NCBI GenBank assembly: GCA_002269645.1
Contig: NIVC01000087.1
Span: 62,001 to 126,000, forward strand
DNA length: 64,000 nt
Source of the DNA: Macrostomum lignano
Lineage: Eukaryota
Direction of reading: 5' to 3'
In this document: positions 1 through 12,400 of the stretch, in pieces
How the letters are laid out: every line of letters starts with the position of its first letter
Numbering within the stretch: position 1 is the stretch's first letter
Program-made: the position numbers and the translations under genes
Notes under the pieces: generated by a model
What the model saw: the letters and a program-made list of their open reading frames with translations, nothing else
What the model was told of the DNA's origin: nothing
Databases searched by the model: none

Positions 1-494
1 AGGCGATAGGGTAAAGTCTCCGCATGCGCATACAAGCGTGTACTCAAAACCCGAAGCCAGTTCGTGCTAAATCTATTTTATTCTGGGGCCTAAAAGTATT
101 TTTCGATCCTGTTCGGTTTGCGTCACACGGGAGTGGCGCTGATTGGCTGGGGGGGGGTGACAAGTGTCATGGAGAACTCTGAGGGTAGAGAGATACGCTA
201 GCGAGGCCGTGAGCTCTAGAAAGGAAGACGAAATAAATATTGTACAAGGGAGGGGAAGAAGCGGTGGGTTTCAGGGGGAGCTTAGACGGGCTTCACTCCC
301 GCCTTGAACCGAAGAAAGGGGAGAATAGTTGCAGGAAACTGCGACACGAGGATTAAGTAAACGACTCGCAAGAAAAAGGGTGGAAACAGGGAAAAGACAA
401 ATAATAACATGCGTAATGGTCTCAGACTCTTTTTTATTTACGATAATTTGCTCATACAGGCCTTAACTACTGATGAACTTCTTATTTACTGCTG

Positions 495-1420
495 AAGCTA
501 CAGACATACAGATTCAGCTACAGACATACAGATTCAGCTACAGACATACAGATTCAGCCACAGACATACAGATTCAGCTACAGACATACAGATTCAGCTA
601 CAGACATACAGATTCAACTGTAGACATACAGATTCAACTACAGACATACAGATTCAGCTACAGACATACAGATTCAGCTACAGACATACAGATTCAGCTA
701 CAGACATACAGATTCAACTGTAGACATACAGATTCAGCTACAGACATACAGATTCAGCTACAGACATACAGATTCAGCTACAGACATACAGATTCAGCTA
801 CAGACATACAGATTCAGCTACAGACATACAGATTCAGCTACAGACATACAGATTCAACTGTAGACATACAGATTCAGCTACAGACATACAGATTCAGCTA
901 CAGACATACAGATTCAGCTACAGACATACAGATTCAGCTACAGACATACAGATTCAGCTACAGACATACAGATTCAGCTACAGACATACAGATTCAGCTA
1001 CAGACATACAGATTCAGCCACAGACATACAGATTCAACTGTAGACATACAGATTCAGCTACAGACATACAGATTCAGCTACAGACATACAGATTCAGCTA
1101 CAGACATACAGATTCAGCTACAGACATACAGATTCAGCTACAGACATACAGATTCAGCTACAGACATACAGATTCAGCTACAGACATACAGATTCAGCTA
1201 CAGACATACAGATTCAGCCACAGACATACAGATTCAGCTACAGACATACAGATTCAGCTACAGACATACAGATTCAGCTACAGACATACAGATTCAGCCA
1301 CAGGCACACAGGTTCAGCCACAGACATACAGATTCAGCTACAGACATACAGATTCAGCCACAGACATACAGGTTCAGCTACAGACATACAGATTCAGCCA
1401 CAGACACATAGATTCAGCTC
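495..1420 (+). repeat. 20-bp minisatellite (CAGACATACAGATTCAGCTA)n, ~46 units
   Basis: Direct reading; the 312-aa ORF 473-1411 is only the translated repeat. Confidence 0.97.
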
Positions 1421-2169
1421 ACCTACAGATTCGTATCGTATGAGTTATCTAGTCTAGTAAGTGTTGACTGAAATCAAGCCAGTTTCATAGCACATGTAAG
1501 AATAAAGCAAAAAGTGAGCTATATAGAAAAAGAGGTGGAGTCAGGACAAGCGAGAGCGCATCAAAAGTCCATCATATTAGCTTATCAATCTTGAGACACA
1601 TTTATTTAGGTCAGCAACAAGGAGATGGATTATATTATTGTCAATATAAACTCAACAAAAATAATCTGGGAAGAGCATTTTAGCAGTTTTCGAAAAAGTA
1701 CATATCTGTATTTTCTTCCCAGCAACAACAAGCGGTGCCTGGGAGTAGAAACTATTTAAAAGGTTACCTACTTCAGTTAATAAAGATTATACAGACAAAA
1801 AAATTCAATAAGCAATGTAATCCGATAGGGCCTGGCGGTACAAAAAAACAGATAAAAATACTTCTCTATTAGTAAAACAGCTTTAAAAACAATTGAGTAA
1901 TTCGATGTAAAGCCCAGCTATAGTAAATCTAACTCATATACTACTAAGAGTAGGGAACATTAAGGCACAAAAACGCCAATCGCATAGAGGAAAAATAGCA
2001 CAGCGTATATATAGCCTTAGAAGTTATCACAAAAGTAAAAAAATCGATTAAACATTGTAAAATAGTTCTGTTTTGAAAAAGGCGGCTTCTGTAAAAAAAT
2101 TATCACGCTGGTTTGCCTTCACTATTAATATACAAAGGGAAACTCGCTATTTGTTTTCTCTGATGTAAA

Positions 2170-2780
2170 ATAAGTGTACATTGGAGACCGGGGGTGGGTT
2201 AGAGGGGTAAGGGAGAGAATGAGTGTACATTGGGGATCGGGGTTGGATTAGAGGGGTAAGGAATAGAACGAGTGTACATTGGGGAGCGGGGTTAGGTTAG
2301 ATGGGTAAGGGATAGAACGAGTGTACATTGGGGAGCGGGGTTGGGTTAGAGGGGTAAGGGAGAGAAGGAGTGTACATTGGGGATCGGGTTGGATTAGAGG
2401 GGTAAGGAATAGAACGAGTGTACATTGGGGAGCGGGGTTAGGTTAGATGGGTAAGGGATAGAACGAGTGTACATTGGGGAGCGGGTTGGGTTAGAGGGGT
2501 AAGGGAGAGAAGGAGTGTACATTGGGGAGCGGGGTTGGGTTAGAGGGGTAAGGGAGAGAAGGAGTGTACATTGGGGAGCGGGGGTTGGGTTAGAGGGGTA
2601 AGGGAGAGAAGGAGTGTACATTGGGGAGCGGGGGTTGGGTTAGAGGGGTAAGGGAGAGAAGGAGTGTACATTGGGGAGCGGGGGTTGGGTTAGAGAAGTA
2701 AGGGACAGAATGAGTGTACACTAGGGAGCGGGGTTGGGTTATAGGGTCAGGGAGAGAGCGGGTGTACATTGGGGACAGGG
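2170..2780 (+). repeat. ~49-bp G-rich minisatellite (GAGTGTACATTGGGGAGCGGGGTTGGGTTAGAGGGGTAAGGGAGAGAAG)n
   Basis: Direct reading, ~12 units. Confidence 0.95.
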
Positions 2781-3498
2781 TTTGAAGAGGAACTGGTCAG
2801 GAGCAAAGGTACAATGAATACAGGGGGTTGTTTTGAAACCATATTTGCTTTTAAAACGAAACGCATAATAAGGCAATTAGAAGGAATGGACCAAAGAGCA
2901 GACATTTGGAAAGAGTCAAAAAATCTTAAAAACTCTGTTCGAAGTAGCCAAGTTAAAAAAGTAAAAAAATTAAATTCATGAAAAATAGATCTGTCATGCG
3001 AATACAACTGCATATCGAGGTTCAGTTAGGACGGATCAATCCCTGTCTTCATAACGGAAGTGTCTGAAAAGTGATCAATTGGCCAACAGCCAGCTGTCGT
3101 CCTGCAGAGTGTCGCCAGTCCTCGGCCGGCTGTCCTCAAGGCGCGCTGCTGGCGCATGAACCGGCCCAGCACTTCGTCGGATCGCCCGAGGCGCCCTCCA
3201 ACGAAGCCGAATCAGCCTGCATCCGCTGCAGGCGGCGCAGGCGGGCCTCGTTGGCCCGTGCGATTCTCTCGGCGTCCAGGCTGGCCTGCGAGCCGAAGCC
3301 GCCGCCGCCGCCGCTGACCGACGGCTGTCGCTGCTGATAGCCGTTCGGATCCAGGCGGCCAGTTGACACCGGCTGATCGATGTCAACGAAAAGCGGTGTC
3401 CGCCTGCAGCTGGGCAGAGTCGGCCCGAGAGTAGGACGCGCAGCCCGAGGTCGCGGGGCGAAGGCGCGAGGCCGTCGAGGTCATCGCCGCGCCGCCGC

Positions 3499-3721
3499 NN
3501 NNNNNNNNNNNNNNNNNNNNNNNNNNNNNNNNNNNNNNNNNNNNNNNNNNNNNNNNNNNNNNNNNNNNNNNNNNNNNNNNNNNNNNNNNNNNNNNNNNNN
3601 NNNNNNNNNNNNNNNNNNNNNNNNNNNNNNNNNNNNNNNNNNNNNNNNNNNNNNNNNNNNNNNNNNNNNNNNNNNNNNNNNNNNNNNNNNNNNNNNNNNN
3701 NNNNNNNNNNNNNNNNNNNNN
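3499..3721. other. Assembly gap (N run)
   Basis: Run of n. Confidence 1.
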
Positions 3722-3889
3722 TGCAGGAAACTGCGACACGAGGATTAAGTAAACGACTCGCAAGAAAAAGGGTGGAAACAGGGAAAAGACAAATAATAAC
3801 ATGCGTAATGGTCTCAGACTCTTTTTTATTTACGATAATTTGCTCATACAGGCCTTAACTACTGATGAACTTCTTATTTACTGCTGAAG

Positions 3890-4810
3890 CTACAGACATA
3901 CAGATTCAGCTACAGACATAGATTCAGCTACAGACATACAGATTCAGCCACAGACATACAGATTCAGCTACAGACATACAGATTCAGCTACAGACATACA
4001 GATTCAACTGTAGACATACAGATTCAACTACAGACATACAGATTCAGCTACAGACATACAGATTCAGCTACAGACATACAGATTCAGCTACAGACATACA
4101 GATTCAACTGTAGACATACAGATTCAGCTACAGACATACAGATTCAGCTACAGACATACAGATTCAGCTACAGACATACAGATTCAGCTACAGACATACA
4201 GATTCAGCTACAGACATACAGATTCAGCTACAGACATACAGATTCAACTGTAGACATACAGATTCAGCTACAGACATACAGATTCAGCTACAGACATACA
4301 GATTCAGCTACAGACATACAGATTCAGCTACAGACATACAGATTCAGCTACAGACATACAGATTCAGCTACAGACATACAGATTCAGCTACAGACATACA
4401 GATTCAGCTCACAGACATACAGATTCAACTGTAGACATACAGATTCAGCTACAGACATACAGATTCAGCTACAGACATACAGATTCAGCTACAGACATAC
4501 AGATTCAGCTACAGACATACAGATTCAGCTACAGACATACAGATTCAGCTACAGACATACAGATTCAGCTACAGACATACAGATTCAGCTACAGACATAC
4601 AGATTCAGCCACAGACATACAGATTCAGCTACAGACATACAGATTCAGCTACAGACATACAGATTCAGCTACAGACATACAGATTCAGCCACAGGCACAC
4701 AGGTTCAGCCACAGACATACAGATTCAGCTACAGACATACAGATTCAGCCACAGACATACAGGTTCAGCTACAGACATACAGATTCAGCCACAGACACAT
4801 AGATTCAGCT
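3890..4810 (+). repeat. 20-bp minisatellite, second copy
   Basis: Same unit as 495-1420. Confidence 0.95.
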
Positions 4811-5559
4811 CACTACAGATTCGTATCGTATGAGTTATCTAGTCTAGTAAGTGTTGACTGAAATCAAGCCAGTTTCATAGCACATGTAAGAATAAAGCAA
4901 AAAGTGAGCTATATAGAAAAAGAGGTGGAGTCAGGACAAGCGAGAGCGCATCAAAAGTCCATCATATTAGCTTATCAATCTTGAGACACATTTATTTAGG
5001 TCAGCAACAAGGAGATGGATTATATTATTGTCATATAAACTCAACAAAAATAATCTGGGAAGAGCATTTTAGCAGTTTTCGAAAAAGTACATATCTGTAT
5101 TTTCTTCCCAGCAACAACAAGCGGTGCCTGGGAGTAGAAACTATTTAAAAGGTTACCTACTTCAGTTAATAAAGATTATACAGACAAAAAAATTCAATAA
5201 GCAATGTAATCCGATAGGGCCTGGCGGTACAAAAAAACAGATAAAAATACTTCTCTATTAGTAAAACAGCTTTAAAAACAATTGAGTAATTCGATGTAAA
5301 GCCCAGCTATAGTAAATCTAACTCATATACTACTAAGAGTAGGGAACATTAAGGCACAAAAACGCCAATCGCATAGAGGAAAAATAGCACAGCGTATATA
5401 TAGCCTTAGAAGTTATCACAAAAGTAAAAAATCGATTAAACATTGTAAAATAGTTCTGTTTTGAAAAAGGCGGCTTCTGTAAAAAAATTATCACGCTGGT
5501 TTGCCTTCACTATTAATATACAAAGGGAAACTCGCTATTTGTTTTCTCTGATGTAAAAT

Positions 5560-6160
5560 AAGTGTACATTGGAGACCGGGGGTGGGTTAGAGGGGTAAGG
5601 GAGAGAATGAGTGTACATTGGGGATCGGGGTTGGATTAGAGGGGTAAGGAATAGAACGAGTGTACATTGGGAGCGGGGTTAGGTTAGATGGGTAAGGGAT
5701 AGAACGAGTGTACATTGGGGAGCGGGGTTGGGTTAGAGGGGTAAGGGAGAGAAGGAGTGTACATTGGGGATCGGGGTTGGATTAGAGGGGTAAGGAATAG
5801 AACGAGTGTACATTGGGGAGCGGGGTTAGGTTAGATGGGTAAGGGATAGAACGAGTGTACATTGGGGGCGGGGTTGGGTTAGAGGGGTAAGGAGAGAAGG
5901 AGTGTACATTGGGGAGCGGGGTTGGGTTAGAGGGGTAAGGGAGAGAAGGAGTGTACATTGGGGAGCGGGGGTTGGGTTAGAGGGGTAAGGGAGAGAAGGA
6001 GTGTACATTGGGGAGCGGGGTTGGGTTAGAGGGGTAAGGGAGAAGGAGTGTACATTGGGAGCGGGGGTTGGGTTAGAGAAGTAAGGGACAGAATGAGTGT
6101 ACACTAGGGAGCGGGGTTGGGTTATAGGGTCAGGGAGAGAGCGGGTGTACATTGGGGACA
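5560..6160 (+). repeat. 49-bp G-rich minisatellite, second copy
   Basis: Same unit as 2170-2780. Confidence 0.93.
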
Positions 6161-6459
6161 GGGTTTGAAGAGGAACTGGTCAGGAGCAAAGGTACAATGA
6201 ATACAGGGGGTTGTTTTGAAACCATATTTGCTTTTAAAAACGAAACGCATAATAAGGCAATTAGAAGGAATGGACCAAAGAGCAGACATTTGGAAAGAGT
6301 CAAAAAATCTTAAAAAACTCTGTTCGAAGTAGCCAAGTTAAAAAAGTAAAAAAATTAAATTCATGAAAAATAGATCTGTCATGCGAATACAACTGCATAT
6401 CGAGGTTCAGTTAGGACGGATCAATCCCTGTCTTCATAACGGAAGTGTCTGAAAAGTGA

Positions 6460-9400
6460 TCAATTGGCCAACAGCCAGCTGTCGTCCTGCAGAGTGTCGC
6501 CAGTCCTCGGCCGGCTGTCCTCAAGGCCGCGCTGCTGGCGCATGAACCGGCCCAGCACTTCGTCCGGATCGCCCGAGGCGCCCTCCAACGAAGCCGAATC
6601 AGCCTGCATCCGCTGCAGGCGGCGCAGGCGGGCCTCGTTGGCCCGTGCGATTCTCTCGGCGTCCAGGCTGGCCTGCGAGCCGAAGCCGCCGCCGCCGCCG
6701 CTGACCGACGGCTGTCGCTGCTGATAGCCGTTCGGATCCAGGCGGCCAGTTGACACCGGCTGATCGATGTCAACGAAAGCGGTGTCCGCCTGCAGCTGGG
6801 CAGAGTCGGCCGAGAGTAGGACCGCAGCCCGAGGTCGCGGGGGCGAAGGCCGAGGCCGTCGAGGTCATCGCCGCCGCCGCCGCCGCCTCCGCCGCCGCCT
6901 GCATGCGGCGCAGCCGGTCGCGCTGCTCTCGTAGGAGGGCCGCCTGTTGCGCTTCGAGAGCTTCGCCGCTGATTGGCGTTTCCGGGAAATAGTTGCGCAC
7001 CTGGAATGAGCGATTATACTGAGAGTGAGCTGACGCTGGATAGAATAGAATAAATAGCATATCTGAGATTTGCAGCTAGATTATATTAATATCTAGTATT
7101 TCTGATCCAGCTGACGTACAGTAACTTCAAAGATAGCTCAGGATCCCATATCATGCCCTCAGTATCCCAGGTGAGACCAAAATATCCGAGGTGAGACCTA
7201 AACGTCCCAGCTAGGTAAGACCTAAATATCACAGGAGAGACTTAAATATACCGGCTAGGTGAGACCTAAATATCCCATGTGAGACCTAAATATCGCATGT
7301 TAGACATACAAATATCCCAGGTGAGACCTCAAGCCACCAGACGGGCCTAAGGATCCCATGTCTGATCAGAAGCTCCCAGATGGGACACCCGGCACCCGCA
7401 CCTGATTTGCTGCCGGGTCGCTAGAGTTGGCCTTGAGCCTGTTAAACTCCTGAGCCGCAGTAGGGTCCAGGCTGGACTGCTGCTGATAATTGTTCGGCCT
7501 GCGCGACACCGGGGCCGCCTTGCGCCGGTCCCTGGCCATGTCGAAAACGTCGACCTGCTGGCCAACAGCCGGCCCCTGCACTGGCCGATGATCGCCCGGA
7601 CCCTCGAATCCGTGCAGTCGAGGGTCAAACACCTCCGGCTGATATTTCTGCGTCTCCAGTGCGTCTTCAACGCGTTGGCGCTCGCTGCGCAGCTGATTCC
7701 TCAGCCTGGCCAGCTGCACAATCGACTCGCTGTCGGTTGGCGGCTCCTCGCGTTGGGTGTCGGCCTCCTCGGCGGCTGAAGCCGGTGCGCCGCGAAGGGA
7801 CGGCACTGGTGGAGAGCGGGACCGCTGCTGCTCGGTCATGGCCACGTCCGCTGCCCGCTCCACCCGCTCCCTGGCACCGCGAATGGCGGGTCCGGAGCTT
7901 GGTTAAAATGTCTGTCATTGCACCTACCTGTCCATCCCCGCACCAACCTGTCCATCCCCGCACCCACCTGTCAACCCCCGCACCCACCTGTCCATCCCCG
8001 CATCCATCTGTCCATCCCGCACCCATCTGTCTTCACCAACCTGTCCATCCCTGCACCCACCTGTCCATTCCCGCACCCACCTGTCCACCCCGCACCCACC
8101 TGTCCATCCCGCACCCACCTGTCCATCCCAGCACCACCTGTCCATCCCGCACCCACCTGTCCATCCAGCACCCACCTGTCCATCCCGCACCCACCTGTCC
8201 ATCCCAGCACCCACCTGTCCATCCCGCACCCACCTGCCCACCCCTGCACCCACCTGTCCATCCCTGCACCCACCTGTCCATCCCTGCACCCACCTGTCCA
8301 TCTCCGCACCCACCTGTCCACCCCGCACCCACCTGTCCACCCCCGCAACCACCTGTCCATCCCTGCACCCACCTGTCCATCCCCGCACCCACCTGTCCAT
8401 CCCCGCACCCACCTGTCCATCCCCGCACCCACCTGTCCATCCCGCACCCATCTGTCCATCCCCATCCACCTGTCCACCCCCGCAACCACCTGTCCATCCC
8501 TGCACCCACCTGTCCATCCCGCACCCACCTGTCCACCCCGCAACCACCTGTCCATCCCTGCACCCACCTGTCCATCCCTGTACCCACCTGTCCATCCCCG
8601 CACCCACCTGTCCATCCCCGCACCCACCTGTCCATCCCGCACCCACCTGTCCATCCCGCACCCATCTGTCCATCCCCGCATCCACCTGTCCATCCCCGCA
8701 CCCACCTGTCCGCCTCCTTGGCCTTGCGCGCCGCCTCGCTAGACCGTCGTTTCTCTTCGGCAAGCCGCAGCATCTCCTCGTTCTTGCGCCTGGCCTCCTC
8801 CTCTTTCTCCGTCTGTTTCCGTTTCTCAGCGTCCAGCTCCGCTTGAATTCGCCTCTGCTGCTCCTCAACCCGCCGCTGCTCTCTTTCGTCTTCCTCGCGC
8901 TGGCGCAACTGGTCAAGCTCGCGCAGCCGCCGGCGCTCCTCCATCTGGTTGCGCAACTCGTCCTGATAGCGCTCGCGTTCCCGCTTCTGCGCGTCGGTGA
9001 GGCCCTGGCCGAATATGCCGTGGCCGCCTCTGGCGTGAGTGGCCTCGCCTAGTGCGTTAGTCTGTCTGGGCGTCGGCTTCTCAATCCACGGCAGCGGCTC
9101 TTGGGTCCGGCTGATGGGGCAAGGGATGAGAATTGCAAATTTATATAGCAACTCACAGGTTTGGAGCTCGCTAGTTGTATTTATTTCACTTTGGATGGGA
9201 CACCGCTGCTCACCACTGTCCTTGGATGGGACACCGCTGCTCACCACTGTCCTTGGATGGGACACCGCTGCTCACCACTGTCCTTGGATGGGACACCGCT
9301 GCTCACCACTGTCCTTGGATGGGACACCGCTGCTCACCACTGTCCTTGGATGGGACACCGCTGCTCACCACTGTCCTTGGATGGGACACCGCTGCTCACC

Positions 9401-12400
9401 ACTGTCCTTGGATGGGACACCACCACCCCATACCTTGGATCTTGAGTACTACTATATTTGATTCTACAATACACCCTTATGGTGCAGCAAAGCGGAACCT
9501 GATGACTCACCTGCGAGCTCGGCCAGTTGCTCCGCCGCCGCCGCCGCCTCTTCTACCTTGCTCCTCCGTAAAGGAGTTAGCTAGCCGCAGCCGAAGGTCC
9601 TTCAACGGATCGCCTGTGGACGCCGCACCGCTGCCACCGTAATCGCCATAGTCGCCACCGCCGCGGCTCCTAGTGGTTTGCCCGTCACTGCCGCCGCCTC
9701 CGCCGCGTATGGTGCCCCGCAGGTCGGCCCGGGTGTTGCCCTGTTCGTCTTTGAGCGGCGCTCCGCCACCGCCGCGGCCCCACGGATCGTAGGTGGCGAT
9801 CTCCAGCTCCTTCAGCCGGTCGTATTCGTCGCGTTCTTTACGCCGGCCCTCGTCGCGAGTTCGCTTGGCGTCCATCTGCTGGTTGAGCTCCAGCGCGTAT
9901 TCAACTTTCTGGCGGGCCAGACGGGCGCGCCGCTCCTCCTCGGAGGTGAACAGCATCCCCGTTGAGGCGGTGCCATCGTTGTTCTCCTGGTAGCGGACGC
10001 GCGAAGACTTGGCTGGCCCGCTACCGCCGCTGCCGCCGGCGCCTGCGCCACCGCCGACGTATCCGCCTCCACCCCTGCCGCTAAAGCCGCCTGATTGAGC
10101 GAAAGTCAGAAAGAACTATGCGTTAAAAGAAGCGTCATGAGGAGCCAAACTGAGGAAGTTGAGAGAGGCGCCAAACTAAGGAAGTCAAGAGAGGCGCCAA
10201 ACTGAGGAAGTAAAGAGAGGCGCCAAACTGAGGAAGTCAAGAGAGGCGCCAAACTGAGGAAGTCAAGAGAGGCGCCAAACTGAGGAAGTCAAGAGAGGCG
10301 CCAAACTGAGGAAGTCAAGAGAGGCGCCAAACTGAGGAAGTTGAGAGAGGCGCCAAACTGAGGAAGTCAAGAGAGGCGCCAAACTGAGGAAGTTAAGAGA
10401 GGCGCCAAACTGAGGAAGTCAAGAGAGGCGCCAAACTGAGGAAGTCAAGAGAGGCGCCAAACTGAGGAAGTCAAGAGAGGCGCCAAACTGAGGAAGTCAA
10501 GAGAGGCGCCAAACTGAGGAAGTCAAGAGAGGCGCCAAACTGAGGAAGTCAAGAGAGGCGCCAAACTGAGGAAGTCAAGAGAGACGCAAAACTGGGGAGT
10601 CCAGAGGCCAATAATTGAGGAACATAAAAAACAAAAGGCGCCACTACTAATGCCCAAGCCCTTTTACACTAGCTCGGAGAGCAGCCCAACCACTCACTGC
10701 CGCTGCCGTCCTCCAGCGGATTCTGCATTCCGTAATAGAAATACGAATCGTCCGCAGGTGTATTATAAGGCGACAATTGCGGCAGGCCGCCAGACTGAGC
10801 GGCCAGCAGGCCCGGCGAAGTGGCACCGCTTCCCGCGCCGGCGCCAGCGCCGCCAGGCCGGTCGGTGACGGCGCCGCCTAGAACGCCGGGGGCGTCGCTG
10901 CGAGCGTCTCGACGCTCCTGCTTGCGACGGTTCTCCTCTTCGGCCATCTGGCGTTGAAGTTCGCGTTTGTAAGACTCTTTGCGGTTCTCGCGAACGGTGC
11001 CGGAGTCCGGCCTATGCAGGTCGATTGTGCCGCCAATGCCGTCTGGGTGGGGCGGGTTGGGGTTCTCTAAGATCTCTATGAGATTGCAGTGAGGCAGTGA
11101 GCGGATGAAGGGGCGGGTGAGGAGGCAGTGAGCGAATGAAGGGGCGGGTGAGGAGGCAGTGAGCGAATGAAGGGGCGGGTGAGGAGGCAGTGAGCGAATG
11201 AAGGGGCGGGTGAGGAGGCAGTGAGCGGATGAAGGGGCGGGTGAGGAGGCAGTGAGCGGATGAAGGGGCGGGTGAGGAGGCAGTGAGCGGATAAAAGGGC
11301 GGGTGAGGAGGCAGTGAGCGGATGAAAGGGCGGCTGAGGAGGGAGTTAGCGGATGAAGGGGCGGGTGAGGAGGGAGTTAGCGGATGAAGGGGCGGGTGAG
11401 GAGGTGAGCATGAAAATCAGTAATCAAGCAAAGTAGGAACAAACCGATTAAGCCGGCTCCGTCTTTGCCCCCGCCGCCGCGCTGCTGGAAGTGCCGATTG
11501 CGCCGCAGGCTGAGGTCCAAGTCCAGCGACTTGTCTGTGTTGCCGCCGCTGCGAAGCCAGGCGTCATCGTTGCGACGCCTGCCGCCGGCGCCGCCTCCGC
11601 CGAACAGCAAGCGCAACTTGGCGCTGTCATACTGAGCCTCCAGCTCGGACAGGCGCTTCTCCTCGGCCAGGGTGGCCGGATCCTTCACGGCCACAGGACG
11701 GGGCCGATTGTACGCGGCGTACTGATCATCGGGATTGTCGACGTACCTGCCGATTGAGCGGGGCATTAGGGACTGACAGACACTGCGATTCCCAGACACT
11801 GGGATTCCCAAAGACACTGGGATTCACACAGACACTGCAATTCACACACCCTGGGGTTCCCAGACACTGGAATTCACAAAGACACTGGGATTCCCAAAGA
11901 CACTGGGATTCCCAAAGACACTGGGATTCCCAAAGACACTGGGATTCACACAGACACTGCAATTCACACACCCTGGGGTTCCCAGACACTGGGATTCACA
12001 AAGACACTGGGATTCCCAAAGACACTGGGATTCCCAAAGACACTGGGATTCCCAAAGACACTGGGATTCCCAAAGACACTGGGATTCCCAAAGACACTGG
12101 GATTCCCAAAGACACTGGGATTCACACAGACACTGCAATTCACACACCCTGGGGTTCCCAGACACTGGGATTCACAAAGACACTGGGATTCCCAAAGACA
12201 CTGGGATTCCCAAAGACACTGGGATTCCCAAAGACACTGGGATTCCCAAAGACACTGGGATTCCCAAAGACACTGGGATTCCCAAAGACACTGGGATTCC
12301 CAAAGACACTGGGATTCACACAGACAATGGGATTCACACGGACAATGGGAATCACACACACTGGGATTCCCAAAGACACTGGGATTCACGCAGACACTGG

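Larger units (their letters stand above)
330..3498 (+). repeat. Copy 1 of a ~3.17-kb direct duplication (copy 2 at 3722-~6885) flanking the N-gap; includes the CSPP1 3' UTR and part of its last exon
   Basis: The sequence after the gap (TGCAGGAAACTGCGACACGAG) restarts exactly at position 330. The copies differ mostly by single-base indels. Confidence 0.9.

Noticed and set aside
473-1411. 312-aa repetitive ORF
   Set aside because: Translation of a 20-bp minisatellite; the second copy lacks the open frame
330-6885. Tandem duplication of the CSPP1 3' end suggesting a partial paralogue or pseudogene
   Set aside because: The copies abut an N-gap and differ by single-base indels that break the frame differently in each copy; this is typical of unmerged overlapping contig ends.
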